From contig JBMONI010000002.1 in assembly GCA_049324575.1 (NCBI GenBank), positions 92,804 to 156,803 on the forward strand: 64,000 bases of DNA. The letters run 5' to 3'. The DNA is from Candidatus Omnitrophota bacterium. Its GTDB lineage: Bacteria > Omnitrophota > Omnitrophia > Omnitrophales > Aquincolibacteriaceae. A program made the translations under genes and the position numbers. The notes below the pieces were generated by a model. The model did not search any database. It saw only the letters and a program-made list of their open reading frames with translations, and was not told the origin of the DNA. Position 1 is the stretch's first letter, and the number at the start of each line of letters is the position of its first letter. Below are positions 27,888-37,065 of this stretch, in pieces.

Positions 27888-28058
27888 TTATCCCTTCTTC
27901 CGCCCAAGGAAGAAGTAAAGGATGAGGCCCAGGACCGGCAGGACCAGGATCAGCACGATCCAAAGGATCTTCATCCCCATGGTAAGCGAGCTCTTTACGA
28001 CTTCGACGATGGCCCAAATATCAAGGACCAATACGATCAACCCGAGAATACCGCCCAT
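27888..28058 (-). CDS. Small 56-aa two-TM membrane protein resembling PLD-nuclease N-terminal (PLDc_N) domain proteins
   Basis: MGGILGLIVLVLDIWAIVEVVKSSLTMGMKILWIVLILVLPVLGLILYFFLGRKKG; GGAGG RBS; below the 60-aa cut-off of the ORF track. Confidence 0.55.
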   Translation of the reverse strand: MGGILGLIVLVLDIWAIVEVVKSSLTMGMKILWIVLILVLPVLGLILYFFLGRKKG

Positions 28059-28159
28059 AAGAGTGCCTCCTATTGTTTTTAAAGAGCTTTTGCCCGTGAC
28101 TATCTTAGATTCGCCGGGGGGAAAGAATCAAGCAATTTAATCCCTCCTGCCCTGGGGCC

Positions 28160-28630
28160 TTAGTTCAGCCTCCAGATCGAAAAATTCAAATAGACCGCAA
28201 AGGAGACCCATAGGAAGTAAGGGACTAGCAAAGCGCCCGCCCCCTTATCCTGCCTAGTGAAAAGGATAATCGTCAAAGCAATAGCGGCCCATAGCAGGAG
28301 GATCTCTGCCAATGCCGCTCCCGGATTTCTCAAGCCGAAAAAAAGGAAGGACCAACCCAGATTAAGCCCCCATTGGATCGTATAGGCCCCCCAGGAGAAA
28401 GGGGCGTCATGAAATCCGCGCTTCAACCAAAGCCGCCAGCCGGCGATGGCTATCATCATGTAGAGAAGGGTCCAAACCGGGCCAAAGACCCCGTCAGGAG
28501 GGTTCCAAGAAGGTTTATTTAGCCCCTGGTACCAGCCTGCGATATTCGGGTAAGTAAGGACCGAGCCGATACCCCCGAGGCCGAGACAAACAATAACAAA
28601 AAGAATCAAACTTATAACTTTCTTGATCAT
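28160..28630 (-). CDS. tspO: TspO/MBR tryptophan-rich sensory protein
   Basis: W-rich 5-TM protein; ...GPVWTLLYMMIAIAGWRLW...WGAYTIQWGLNLGWSFLFFG... Confidence 0.9.
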   Translation of the reverse strand: MIKKVISLILFVIVCLGLGGIGSVLTYPNIAGWYQGLNKPSWNPPDGVFGPVWTLLYMMIAIAGWRLWLKRGFHDAPFSWGAYTIQWGLNLGWSFLFFGLRNPGAALAEILLLWAAIALTIILFTRQDKGAGALLVPYFLWVSFAVYLNFSIWRLN

Positions 28631-28723
28631 TTTTATCTAATCCTGACATGAAAAATAATCCATAAAAAACCCCTTGTCCAGCGCTATTTTGCCTCTCCCG
28701 AGAAGATCAGATCCTTTTCCTCC

Positions 28724-28752
28724 CTTGACAACCTCCCGGAACATGCTACACT
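28724..28752 (+). promoter_or_regulatory. Candidate sigma-70 promoter (TTGACA-16-TACACT) with a roughly 170-nt 5' UTR upstream of the RRM-protein gene
   Basis: Read directly: cTTGACAacctcccggaacatgcTACACTcc. Confidence 0.4.
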
Positions 28753-28928
28753 CCCTCCGTCAGTGAAAGGTTGAGGGGGCCAGACACAGTGGCTGGTCGT
28801 TTAGGTTAACGTTCCGTGCTCGTTTCTCCCGCCGCATATCTTTCCCGATAAATCAAATAGGTTTCGGGTTGTGGTCTATTCGGACCTTAATGCCGAGACC
28901 TAAAATCAAAATAAGGAAACTAAGAACA

Positions 28929-29255
28929 ATGCAACCAAAACTCTATGTGGGTAATCTAAGCTATAACGCGACTGAGGCCGATATTCAGGGTCTTTTCCAG
29001 AAGTACGGGGAGATCAAGTCTGTCAGCCTTATCACCGACAAGTACTCGGGACAGTCCAAGGGATTCGCTTTCGTCGAAATGGCGAAACCGGAAGATGCCG
29101 AAAAGGCATTGGCCGAGAACGGCAATCCTTTCATGGGCCGCAACCTGACCGTGTCGGAAGCTAGACCCCCCAAGCGTGACGACAACCGCGGGAACAGCCG
29201 TGGTGGTTTTGATCGCGGCGGACGCGGTGGCGAGCGGAAGCGTTTCGGATATTAA
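28929..29255 (+). CDS. RRM-type RNA-binding protein (glycine/arginine-rich C-tail)
   Basis: MQPKLYVGNLSYNATEADIQGLFQKYGEIKSVSLITDKYSGQSKGFAFVEM... RNP1/RNP2 motifs; RBS AAGGAA. Confidence 0.9.
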   Translation: MQPKLYVGNLSYNATEADIQGLFQKYGEIKSVSLITDKYSGQSKGFAFVEMAKPEDAEKALAENGNPFMGRNLTVSEARPPKRDDNRGNSRGGFDRGGRGGERKRFGY

Positions 29256-29270
29256 TTTCCGTTCTACCCT

Positions 29271-29316
29271 AAAAACCCCCCAGAGCCTTCAAGGCGCTGG
29301 GGGGTTTTTATTTTTC
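29271..29316. terminator. Bidirectional rho-independent terminator (CCCCCAGAGCC-ttcaa-GGCGCTGGGGGG, flanked by A5 and T-tract)
   Basis: Read directly between the RRM gene (+) and the cus operon end (-). Confidence 0.75.
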
Positions 29317-29340
29317 GAACTGACTTGAACTTGGTATTTT

Positions 29341-29646
29341 CTACCCGGCAGCCGGTTCGCCCTGCTCAGCCGCAACCTGGCTCGCCTCAAAAGCAGCGAT
29401 ATACTTCACAGGATCCTTCTCGAACACTCCTTTACACATAGGGCAGCAAAGACCATAACGCTTCCCTTCGTAGACGACAAAATCCTTTCCGTTCACTTCT
29501 CCACCCAGGACCGGGCATAGTTTGTTCCCCACATCCACGATCGCAGGCTCTTCCATGACCTCTTCGATAGCAAAAGCCAGGTTCCACGAGGCCGAAGTCA
29601 AAAACGCCAATGCCAGCATGAACACAACTATTACTTTCTTTTTCAT
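29341..29646 (-). CDS. Secreted YHS-domain metal-binding protein (likely periplasmic Cu/Ag-binding partner of the Cus pump)
   Basis: Signal peptide, then CPVLGGEVNGKDFVVYEGKRYGLCCPMCKGVFEKDPVKY fits the YHS pattern; AAGGAGG RBS favours ATG 29646. Confidence 0.65.
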   Translation of the reverse strand: MKKKVIVVFMLALAFLTSASWNLAFAIEEVMEEPAIVDVGNKLCPVLGGEVNGKDFVVYEGKRYGLCCPMCKGVFEKDPVKYIAAFEASQVAAEQGEPAAG

Positions 29647-29659
29647 AACCATCCTCCTT

Positions 29660-32600
29660 TTAGGGTGATATGTTCGAAATCCAGGATGCCTTACCCTCTT
29701 TCATTTCAAAACGCCATTTCCAAATGAAATAAATGACGGGGTAGACAAGCAATTCAAGTATAAACGAAGTGGCAAGCCCTCCGATCATCGGCGCCGCGAT
29801 ACGCTTCATGGCATCGGAACCTGCACCCGTTGCCCACATGATCGGCAAAAGCCCCATGAAGGTCGCCATCACGGTCATCATTTTGGGACGGACACGTTTG
29901 ACGGCGCCGTGCATGATCGCTTCTTCCAGGTCTCTTTGGGTGCGCATCTTTTTATTCCGGACCGCATCGTCATAGGCCAGATCGAGAAAAAGCAGCATAA
30001 AAACCCCTGTTTCTGCGTCAAGACCCATCAAAGCGATCATCCCCACCCAGACCGCGATCGAAATATGATAATCCAGAAGCCAGAGGAACCAGACCGCCCC
30101 GACCAGGGAAAAGGGAACCGCTAAGAGAACAATGCCTGTTTTAACCGCGGATTTAGTGTTGATATAAAGTAAGAGACAGATAAGAAAAAGCGTCAAAGGA
30201 ACCACGATCTTTAATCGTTCTTTCACGCGGATCATGTTTTCATATTGCCCGCTCCAGATCAGGGAATAACCTTGCGGAAGTTTGAGTTCGCGCGTTACGA
30301 TCTTTTTGGCTTCCGCGACATAGCTGCCGATATCCCGGCCGGCCATATCGACGTAAACATAACCCGCCAAGAGCCCGTTCTCATTGCGAATCATCGCAGG
30401 GCCGGGGACTTTTTTGATCTCCGCAAGCTGCGCGATCGGGATTTGTCTTTCCATCGGGCCTTTCACCGCAGAGCCCGTCCCCTCTGCTCGTGTAGGAACA
30501 AGAACGCGTTTGAGCTTTTCAAGGTCATCGCGGAATTCCCTCGAATACCTGACATTGACGGGATAGCGTTCACGCCCTTCTACCGTCGTCGTAATGTTTT
30601 CTCCGCCAATCGCAGACGTGATCACGCTTTGAACATCCTCCACCGAAAGTCCATAGCGCGCCATCGCTTCGCGATTGAGTTCAAAATCGAGAAAATACCC
30701 TCCCGCCACCCGTTCCGCATAGATGCTCCGGGTCCCGGGAATATCCTTCAGGATCATTTCTAAATGTGTCCCGATCTCTTCGATCTTTTTGATGTCCGCG
30801 CCCAAGACCTTGATCCCGATGGGGGTACGCACCCCGGTCGAAAGCATATCGATCCGGTTTTTGATCGGAAGAGTCCAAGCGTTGGTGGTTCCGGGGATCT
30901 GCAAAGCCTGATCCAATTTTTGCACCAGCTCCTCCCGAGAGAGATGCTGTGGCCAAATACGCTCGAGCGGCCACTGGAACATTTCCGGGACCCAGCGAGA
31001 ATACCACCGTTCCTTTTTTGTCCACTCCCTTTCCGGTTTCAGGAGAATAACGGTTTCTATCATGGAAAAAGGCGCCGGATCCGTGGAACTCTCCATCCGT
31101 CCGGCTTTCCCGAACACCCGTTCGACCTCCGGAAAAGCTTTGAGGATCTTATCCTGCTTTTGAAGAAGCCGCTGGGCCTCCGTCACCGAAATCCCGGGCA
31201 AAGTGGTCGGCATATAAAGAAGGTTCTCTTCCCATAGAGGCGGCATAAACTCGGAACCAAGCTTGAAATAGACAGGGATCGTACTCAACACAAGAAGCAG
31301 CGCTGCGAGGATCGTGGTCTTCCGGTGCTTCAGAACCCAACGGCAAACCGGCTCATAAATTCCGAACAGGACCCGACTAACCGGGTGTTTTTCTTCCGGA
31401 TAGTAAGTTCCGACCGCAATCCCTGTAACCGCTTTGGAAAGACCGGTTTCGATCTTTTTGGGAAAAAAAGGCAACTTCAGCCGGATCGGATCCATCCGGG
31501 CAAAAAGCATCCGCATCGCGGGATCCAGCGTCACCGCTAAAAGCGCCGCCATGACCATGGCCAGATTCTTTGCCCAGGCCAGCGGCCGGAATAAACGGCC
31601 CTCCTGGTCCATCAGCGTGAACACCGGCAAGAACGAAACCGCAATGACCAAGAGTGAAAAGAAAACCGCGGGTCCGACCTCTTTCAGCGCTTGAAGACGG
31701 ATCGCGTGGAAATCCCCCTGGCGCCCCCCTGCGATCCATTGCTCAAGGCGTTTGTAGGCATTTTCCACCTCTACGATAGCTCCATCCACCAAGACCCCGA
31801 TCGAGATCGCAATGCCGGAAAGTGACATGATATTCGAAGTGAGCTCCATCCGGTGAAGAAGAATAAAGGAGAGCAGGACCGAAATGGGGATCGTCACGAT
31901 CGGGACAATGGCGGAGGGGAAATGCCAGAGAAAAAGGAGAATCACAAAACTGACAATGATCATTTCTTCGATCAACTGATGTTTTAGCGTATCGATGGCA
32001 TGCAGGATCAGCTCTGAACGGTCATACGTCACAACCAATTCCACGCCGGCCGGAAACGAAGGTTTTAGCTCCTCGATCCTCGCTTTAACCCGCCGGATGA
32101 CATTTAAAGCATTTTCGCCCGAACGCATCACCACCGTGCCGGAAACCACATCGCCCTCACCATCCAGGTCCGCAAGCCCGCGGCGGATGTCGGGACCGAT
32201 CGCCACGGTGCCCAGATGCTTGATCAAGACCGGGGTTCCCTTCGGATCCGTCGTTACGACAATATTCTCAAGGTCCTGGACTGATCTTGCATAACCCCGC
32301 CCGCGGACCATATATTCTGCACCGCTGAATTCTAAAAGCCGGCCTCCGGTCTCCTGATTGCCGCTGCGGACCGCCGCTAAAACTTGGGTGATCGGGATGT
32401 CATAGGCCAGAAGCTTATTCGGATCGAGCGTGATCTGATATTGTTTGACAAAACCGCCGAGGGAAGCCACTTCCGCAACGCCGGGAACGCTTTGCAGGTA
32501 ATAACGGAGATACCAATCCTGGAAGCTTCTCAATTCCTGGAGACTGTGCTTGCCGGTCTTATCGACCAGGACATACTGGAAGACCCAGCCGACCCCGGTC

Positions 32601-33022
32601 GCATCCGGTCCAAGCTCGGTCTGCACTCCTTGTGGAAGCCGGGGAATGATCTTACTCAGATATTCGAGTGTCCGGCTTCTCGCCCAATAAAGGTCCGTTC
32701 CGTCCTTGAAGATCACATAGACATAGGAAAAGCCAAAATCCGAGAATCCGCGGACCGCTTTGACATGGGGCGCGCCGAGCATCGCGGTAACGATCGGATA
32801 AGTGACTTGGTCTTCAATGAGGTCAGGGCTGCGGTCCCACTTGGAGTAAATGATGACTTGGGTATCCGAAAGATCAGGAATCGCATCCAGCGGGATGTTC
32901 TGGATCGACCATACCGAAGCCACGACAGCGACCGCCGTGAGAACAAAAACAAGAAGCTTATTATGGGCCGAAAATTCGATGATCCGTTCAACCCAACCGC
33001 CCTGCCTCAATGGCGCGTCCAT
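29660..33022 (-). CDS. cusA: CusA/CzcA-family heavy-metal efflux RND transporter
   Basis: 1,120-aa 12-TM RND permease. Confidence 0.9.
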   Translation of the reverse strand: MDAPLRQGGWVERIIEFSAHNKLLVFVLTAVAVVASVWSIQNIPLDAIPDLSDTQVIIYSKWDRSPDLIEDQVTYPIVTAMLGAPHVKAVRGFSDFGFSYVYVIFKDGTDLYWARSRTLEYLSKIIPRLPQGVQTELGPDATGVGWVFQYVLVDKTGKHSLQELRSFQDWYLRYYLQSVPGVAEVASLGGFVKQYQITLDPNKLLAYDIPITQVLAAVRSGNQETGGRLLEFSGAEYMVRGRGYARSVQDLENIVVTTDPKGTPVLIKHLGTVAIGPDIRRGLADLDGEGDVVSGTVVMRSGENALNVIRRVKARIEELKPSFPAGVELVVTYDRSELILHAIDTLKHQLIEEMIIVSFVILLFLWHFPSAIVPIVTIPISVLLSFILLHRMELTSNIMSLSGIAISIGVLVDGAIVEVENAYKRLEQWIAGGRQGDFHAIRLQALKEVGPAVFFSLLVIAVSFLPVFTLMDQEGRLFRPLAWAKNLAMVMAALLAVTLDPAMRMLFARMDPIRLKLPFFPKKIETGLSKAVTGIAVGTYYPEEKHPVSRVLFGIYEPVCRWVLKHRKTTILAALLLVLSTIPVYFKLGSEFMPPLWEENLLYMPTTLPGISVTEAQRLLQKQDKILKAFPEVERVFGKAGRMESSTDPAPFSMIETVILLKPEREWTKKERWYSRWVPEMFQWPLERIWPQHLSREELVQKLDQALQIPGTTNAWTLPIKNRIDMLSTGVRTPIGIKVLGADIKKIEEIGTHLEMILKDIPGTRSIYAERVAGGYFLDFELNREAMARYGLSVEDVQSVITSAIGGENITTTVEGRERYPVNVRYSREFRDDLEKLKRVLVPTRAEGTGSAVKGPMERQIPIAQLAEIKKVPGPAMIRNENGLLAGYVYVDMAGRDIGSYVAEAKKIVTRELKLPQGYSLIWSGQYENMIRVKERLKIVVPLTLFLICLLLYINTKSAVKTGIVLLAVPFSLVGAVWFLWLLDYHISIAVWVGMIALMGLDAETGVFMLLFLDLAYDDAVRNKKMRTQRDLEEAIMHGAVKRVRPKMMTVMATFMGLLPIMWATGAGSDAMKRIAAPMIGGLATSFILELLVYPVIYFIWKWRFEMKEGKASWISNISP

Positions 33023-33028
33023 TCTTTC

Positions 33029-34315
33029 TCATCCTCCGTGCGCATGGCTGCTTGTGCCGCCCGCGTCTTCAAGCGCGGCTTTGAGCCGGCTTTCGGAATC
33101 GATCAGAAAATTACCGCTTGTAACAACGATCTCGCCTTCCTGAAGTCCACCCTGGATCTGATAAAAACCATCGGTTTTCGTTCCCAAGGCAACGGCGCGA
33201 GGTTCAAAAAGAGAACTTTCTTTCGCGACAAAAACAATGTTTTTTTCGCCGGTCATGAACACGGCCTCTTCGGGCACCGCCAAATGTTCGCCAAGGTCGA
33301 TCCTGAGCGAAACATTCACATACATCTCCGGCTTCAGCTCCCCCGCCGGGTTTTCGAGCTGGGCCCGCACCCGGATCGAGCGCGTCACGGGATCTACCAC
33401 GGGATCCAGCGAACGGATCGTCCCTTGAAATATCTTTTGAGAAATAGCAGGCACCTCCACTTCGACCGGGTCTCCGGCATGAACAAAAGGCATCTCATAT
33501 TCATAGATGGCCGCATAAAGCCAGACCTTGCCCCCCGCGTCGGAGTAAAGGAGCGAACGATCCGGCTTACCGGCCTCTTCGAGCTCCTGCACAAGGGCAT
33601 CGTTCAAACCCAGCAAGCGCAGTTTGATCCGGGCCGAATCCACAAGCTTTTCGGCTTGCTCTCGCATCTCAGGATCGGCGTTTTCCGCTCTTTGCAGAGC
33701 CCGGACCGCTTGCAAATATTCCTCTTCAGCCTGATAGAGTTCGGGATCGTAAGCGATCCTCCCGGAAACACGAAGGGTCTTTTCAAGCCTCTGTTCCTGT
33801 ACCGGGGCCATTTTGACACCGATGGCCTGCTGTTTTTCCGTCCCCAACCGGATCTTCGTATAACCCTCGGGGAAAGCATCTTGTACGATAACTCCCAGAT
33901 CTTCCATGCAATGAGGGCATTTGCCCATTCTCGCAAACTCCGGGGTCATGGCGATCATGCACTGCCCCATCTTGCATTTATGGAGAAGGCAGATCTCCCC
34001 CGGCTTCATGGCGACAAGCTGTTCGACCGTAAAGACCTTCGGCGATGTCTCCGGCGAACTTTCATGGCCGTTATGCCCTTCAGACGCTATCGACTCATCA
34101 GCAGAAGCTTCGCGTTTTACCAGCGACATGTTACAGATCGGGCATGTGCCCGGACGGTTCGAAGTATAATTGGGATGCATGGGGCAATAATAGAGTTCTT
34201 TGGAAGCTTGCATATCGGCCGGTGCTGCGGAGTGAAAGCGGACCCCCCAAAGAGTTCCCGCCGCAACGATCGCTGCGACCGCCAAGACCCATAATGCGCG
34301 GTTCATTTTGATCAT
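33029..34315 (-). CDS. cusB: CusB-like RND periplasmic adaptor with two N-terminal Cys/Met metal-binding motifs
   Basis: YYCPMHPNYTSNRPGTCPICNMSL and CLLHKCKMGQCM...CPHCMEDL N-terminal metal sites; MFP body. Confidence 0.85.
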   Translation of the reverse strand: MIKMNRALWVLAVAAIVAAGTLWGVRFHSAAPADMQASKELYYCPMHPNYTSNRPGTCPICNMSLVKREASADESIASEGHNGHESSPETSPKVFTVEQLVAMKPGEICLLHKCKMGQCMIAMTPEFARMGKCPHCMEDLGVIVQDAFPEGYTKIRLGTEKQQAIGVKMAPVQEQRLEKTLRVSGRIAYDPELYQAEEEYLQAVRALQRAENADPEMREQAEKLVDSARIKLRLLGLNDALVQELEEAGKPDRSLLYSDAGGKVWLYAAIYEYEMPFVHAGDPVEVEVPAISQKIFQGTIRSLDPVVDPVTRSIRVRAQLENPAGELKPEMYVNVSLRIDLGEHLAVPEEAVFMTGEKNIVFVAKESSLFEPRAVALGTKTDGFYQIQGGLQEGEIVVTSGNFLIDSESRLKAALEDAGGTSSHAHGG

Positions 34316-35643
34316 GGGAGCTTCTCCTTTTCCGCGTTTTTCAGATCAAGCCCGGCGGCCCAGGCAAGATCGGTGTATGCCTGCAAAGCCGTCGTATAAA
34401 AACGGATCTGAGAAAGTTTCGCATTAAGATAAATGCGTTCGCTATCGAGCAGATCCAAAAAATCGGTTTTCCCGGATTCATAGCCAGCTTGATCCGCAGA
34501 AAGCGCTAATTGAGCCTGCGGAACGATCGCAACGTCATAAAGATCCGCGATCTTGGAGGCGCTTTGAAAGCGGGAATACGAATCTTTGACCTCGAAGAAA
34601 GCTTGATTTTTCACAGCCAAAAGCTTGGCGCGTTCGGCCTCCTCCAATTTGGCGGCTTTCTGGATCTCCGGGATGATCCGGTTCTGCCAGATCGGAAGAT
34701 TCACTTTCAGCGGGAACATCCAGCTGTCCCGTCCGTCCATATCGGAGGGTTCCATCGTCGTCCCGGCGCCGACCCGTACATACTCAAACCCGACATTCAC
34801 ATCGGGGACATAGGCCAATTGCGCAAGACGTTTGGAATAATGAGCTTTGGAAACCATGGCTTCCGCTTCTTGGATCGCCGGCCGGTGAAGGACCGCAAGG
34901 TTCACGAGCTCTACCAGGGAATTCCCCAAAACCGGTTTGGGCGGAAGCGTTGCCTTCCCGAACGGCTGCATCGGGTCCCGGTCAAGGAGCGCATTGATCT
35001 GGGCCGTAACACTTTCCCTTTCTTGCTCCAGCCTATAAAGTTTTTCGAGGCTCATCGAAAATTCCGTCTGGGCCTTCGCGACATCGCGCTGAGATCCTTC
35101 CCGGCTTGAATAGCGGGCCTGCGCAGCCGCCTCGAATTTTTTAAGAAGTTCTTTGATTTCAGCAAGCGTATCCAGAGAGGCATCAATAAAATAAAGCTCA
35201 TAATAAAGTTTGCTGAGTTTGGCCGTAATGTCACGTTCGAACGCTTGGTAGCGGGCCCAAGCCGCCCTGGCCTCGGCTTTGGCTTCGTTCCTTTGCTCCC
35301 AGAGCTTAAGCGGAAAGGGAATGTCCTGAGCCACCATAAAACGGTTTTTCTGAGGCCCGACACGGGTCTCGGTCATTGAGCCCATAATGTCGTAGCCCCC
35401 TATTGGATCTGGAAGGGCCCACGAGGCCAGGATCTCCTTCTGAAAAGCCTCCCATCCAGCTTTCGCCGCAATAAGCTCTGGATTCCGTTGAAGGGCTTCT
35501 TGGAGGAGGACTTCCAGATCGAGGGAAGAAGAAGACAGAACCACCGCTCCTGTCTCCTCCCCCCTGCAAACAGGGGAAAGAAGGGAGAGGACCGTCAAAA
35601 TACTGAGCAGAACCCTGAGATGCTTTCCGCTAGAACCGCTCAT
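34312..35643 (-). CDS. cusC: TolC-family outer-membrane efflux protein
   Basis: Start trimmed to ATG 35643 (MSGSSGKHLRVLLSILTVLSLLSPVCRG signal); 4-nt overlap with cusB. Confidence 0.8.
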   Translation of the reverse strand: MSGSSGKHLRVLLSILTVLSLLSPVCRGEETGAVVLSSSSLDLEVLLQEALQRNPELIAAKAGWEAFQKEILASWALPDPIGGYDIMGSMTETRVGPQKNRFMVAQDIPFPLKLWEQRNEAKAEARAAWARYQAFERDITAKLSKLYYELYFIDASLDTLAEIKELLKKFEAAAQARYSSREGSQRDVAKAQTEFSMSLEKLYRLEQERESVTAQINALLDRDPMQPFGKATLPPKPVLGNSLVELVNLAVLHRPAIQEAEAMVSKAHYSKRLAQLAYVPDVNVGFEYVRVGAGTTMEPSDMDGRDSWMFPLKVNLPIWQNRIIPEIQKAAKLEEAERAKLLAVKNQAFFEVKDSYSRFQSASKIADLYDVAIVPQAQLALSADQAGYESGKTDFLDLLDSERIYLNAKLSQIRFYTTALQAYTDLAWAAGLDLKNAEKEKLP

Positions 35644-35699
35644 CCAAGCCGTCCTTTCCAGACCGGTAATTCCGGTCGCCATCGGCCGCTCTTCCGATC

Positions 35700-35978
35700 T
35701 TATTTTCTCAGGCTCTCGAAAAGACGGTAGATCTCGTTCAAGTGCTCCGTCTTCTTCGCCTGAGACCGCCCTTCGAACGCCTGCTTGGCGCAAGCGTTCA
35801 AATGATCCTTGAGGATCTTTGCTTCAACGGTTTTAAGCGCGCCGCGAATAGCCGCGATCGCGTTCAAGATATCGACGCAATACCGTCTCGTTTCGATCAT
35901 CCTCTGGATGCCGCGCACCTGTCCGGCAATCCGGCGAAGGGCGACCAACTGATCGTCATGTGGGGTTCCTTTCTTCAT
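35700..35978 (-). CDS. csoR: CsoR/RcnR-family metal-sensing transcriptional repressor
   Basis: MKKGTPHDDQLVALRRIAGQVRGIQRMIETRRYCVDILNAIAAIRGAL... with the C-H-C copper-ligand pattern; start at ATG 35978. Confidence 0.85.
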   Translation of the reverse strand: MKKGTPHDDQLVALRRIAGQVRGIQRMIETRRYCVDILNAIAAIRGALKTVEAKILKDHLNACAKQAFEGRSQAKKTEHLNEIYRLFESLRK

Positions 35979-36007
35979 GGTCTTTTCCTCCTGGCAGAAC
36001 AAATATA

Positions 36008-36028
36008 ACATACCCCATGGGGGTATGT
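36008..36028. promoter_or_regulatory. CsoR-type operator: perfect palindrome ACATACCCC-atg-GGGGTATGT immediately upstream of csoR
   Basis: Read directly; matches the GC-rich ATACCC...GGGTAT CsoR box known from copZA operators. Confidence 0.7.
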
Positions 36029-36050
36029 CAAGAAAAACCTCGGGCGAACT

Positions 36051-36374
36051 TCAGGCTTCGAGAAGGCTAAAGACCTGCCGGTAATAGTCTGCCAGATTAC
36101 GCAAGGACCGCATAAAAAGGAGGGAAAGCGCCCAGGTCACGGCGAGGATGAGGAGCGTCCAAAGCCATTTCATAGGACGGGAATATTTCGGGTGGAACCA
36201 GAGGAGCGGAAGCATCAGGGGCCCGACCATGAAAAAGCCGATCACGAGAGTGGAAAGTTTGAAATACCAGGGAGCGCCGACAGAGGTCTTTCGCCCTTCC
36301 AGGAATTCACCGCAATGCTTGCATTTGATGGCTTCGTCCTGGATCTCTTCCGCGCAAAACGGACATTTTTTCAT
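36051..36374 (-). CDS. Zinc-ribbon (CPFC...CKHC) two-TM membrane protein, hypothetical
   Basis: MKKCPFCAEEIQDEAIKCKHCGEF... followed by two hydrophobic helices. Confidence 0.5.
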   Translation of the reverse strand: MKKCPFCAEEIQDEAIKCKHCGEFLEGRKTSVGAPWYFKLSTLVIGFFMVGPLMLPLLWFHPKYSRPMKWLWTLLILAVTWALSLLFMRSLRNLADYYRQVFSLLEA

Positions 36375-36423
36375 TCCAAGCTCCCGGCATGGCCCGCCCG
36401 GTCCCGCTTATCCGAAAGACCGC

Positions 36424-37065
36424 TTAACTGACACGGATAAAAGCGGAAGCGTCGGTCTTGCAGATCGCACAGGTCCCCGAAGAGGCCGCTTCCTTGATAT
36501 TCCCGCAGACGGGGCACACGAAAAAATTCTTGGTCCCCTTTTTCCAGGCTTCCTCATGATCAAGGATCTTGCGGCAAAGGTCCGCATGAACGTTCTCGGC
36601 CTGCATCGCGTCCTTGAAAGAATCGACAGCCTCTTCGGCCCCCGCCGCCTCGGCGGTCTCGAGGAAATCCGGATACATGGCCGTGGCTCCGTCCATGCGC
36701 TCGTTGAGCATCGTTTCGAGGTTGTCGCGGGTACTCTCGACCTTCGCCGGATCGATCACCGCCGCCGGCTCGCCGCCGAGCTGGCGGATCACTTCCGCGT
36801 GCCGTTCAAAATGGACCTGGGCCGCACGCGCGATTGCGCGGAAAAAGCCCGCGACCGCTCCAAAGCCTTCCTGGTCAGCCTTCCCGGCGAACGCCATCGC
36901 GTTCACATGGGCATTGCTCTCCGCGCGGAAAGCGGTCATGAGAAGCTCAAGCGGGCCGTTCTCCTGGTTCGTTTCCGCGGCCACGCTCATGCCCGACAAG
37001 GTTATCCCCATCAAACCTGCCAGCAAGAATGCCCCCAGTCGCTTGCGCGCTCGGACCCTGTTCAC
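36424..37065 (-). CDS. Rubrerythrin with apparent N-terminal signal peptide and C-terminal rubredoxin-like CPVCG...CAICK
   Basis: Ferritin-like E...E..H motifs (AFRAESNAHVNAMAFAGKADQEGF...HFERHAE); GTG start 37065 has a good RBS (GGGAAGGA-8nt) and overlaps the stop of the upstream giant gene (GTGA). Confidence 0.75.
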   Translation of the reverse strand: MNRVRARKRLGAFLLAGLMGITLSGMSVAAETNQENGPLELLMTAFRAESNAHVNAMAFAGKADQEGFGAVAGFFRAIARAAQVHFERHAEVIRQLGGEPAAVIDPAKVESTRDNLETMLNERMDGATAMYPDFLETAEAAGAEEAVDSFKDAMQAENVHADLCRKILDHEEAWKKGTKNFFVCPVCGNIKEAASSGTCAICKTDASAFIRVS

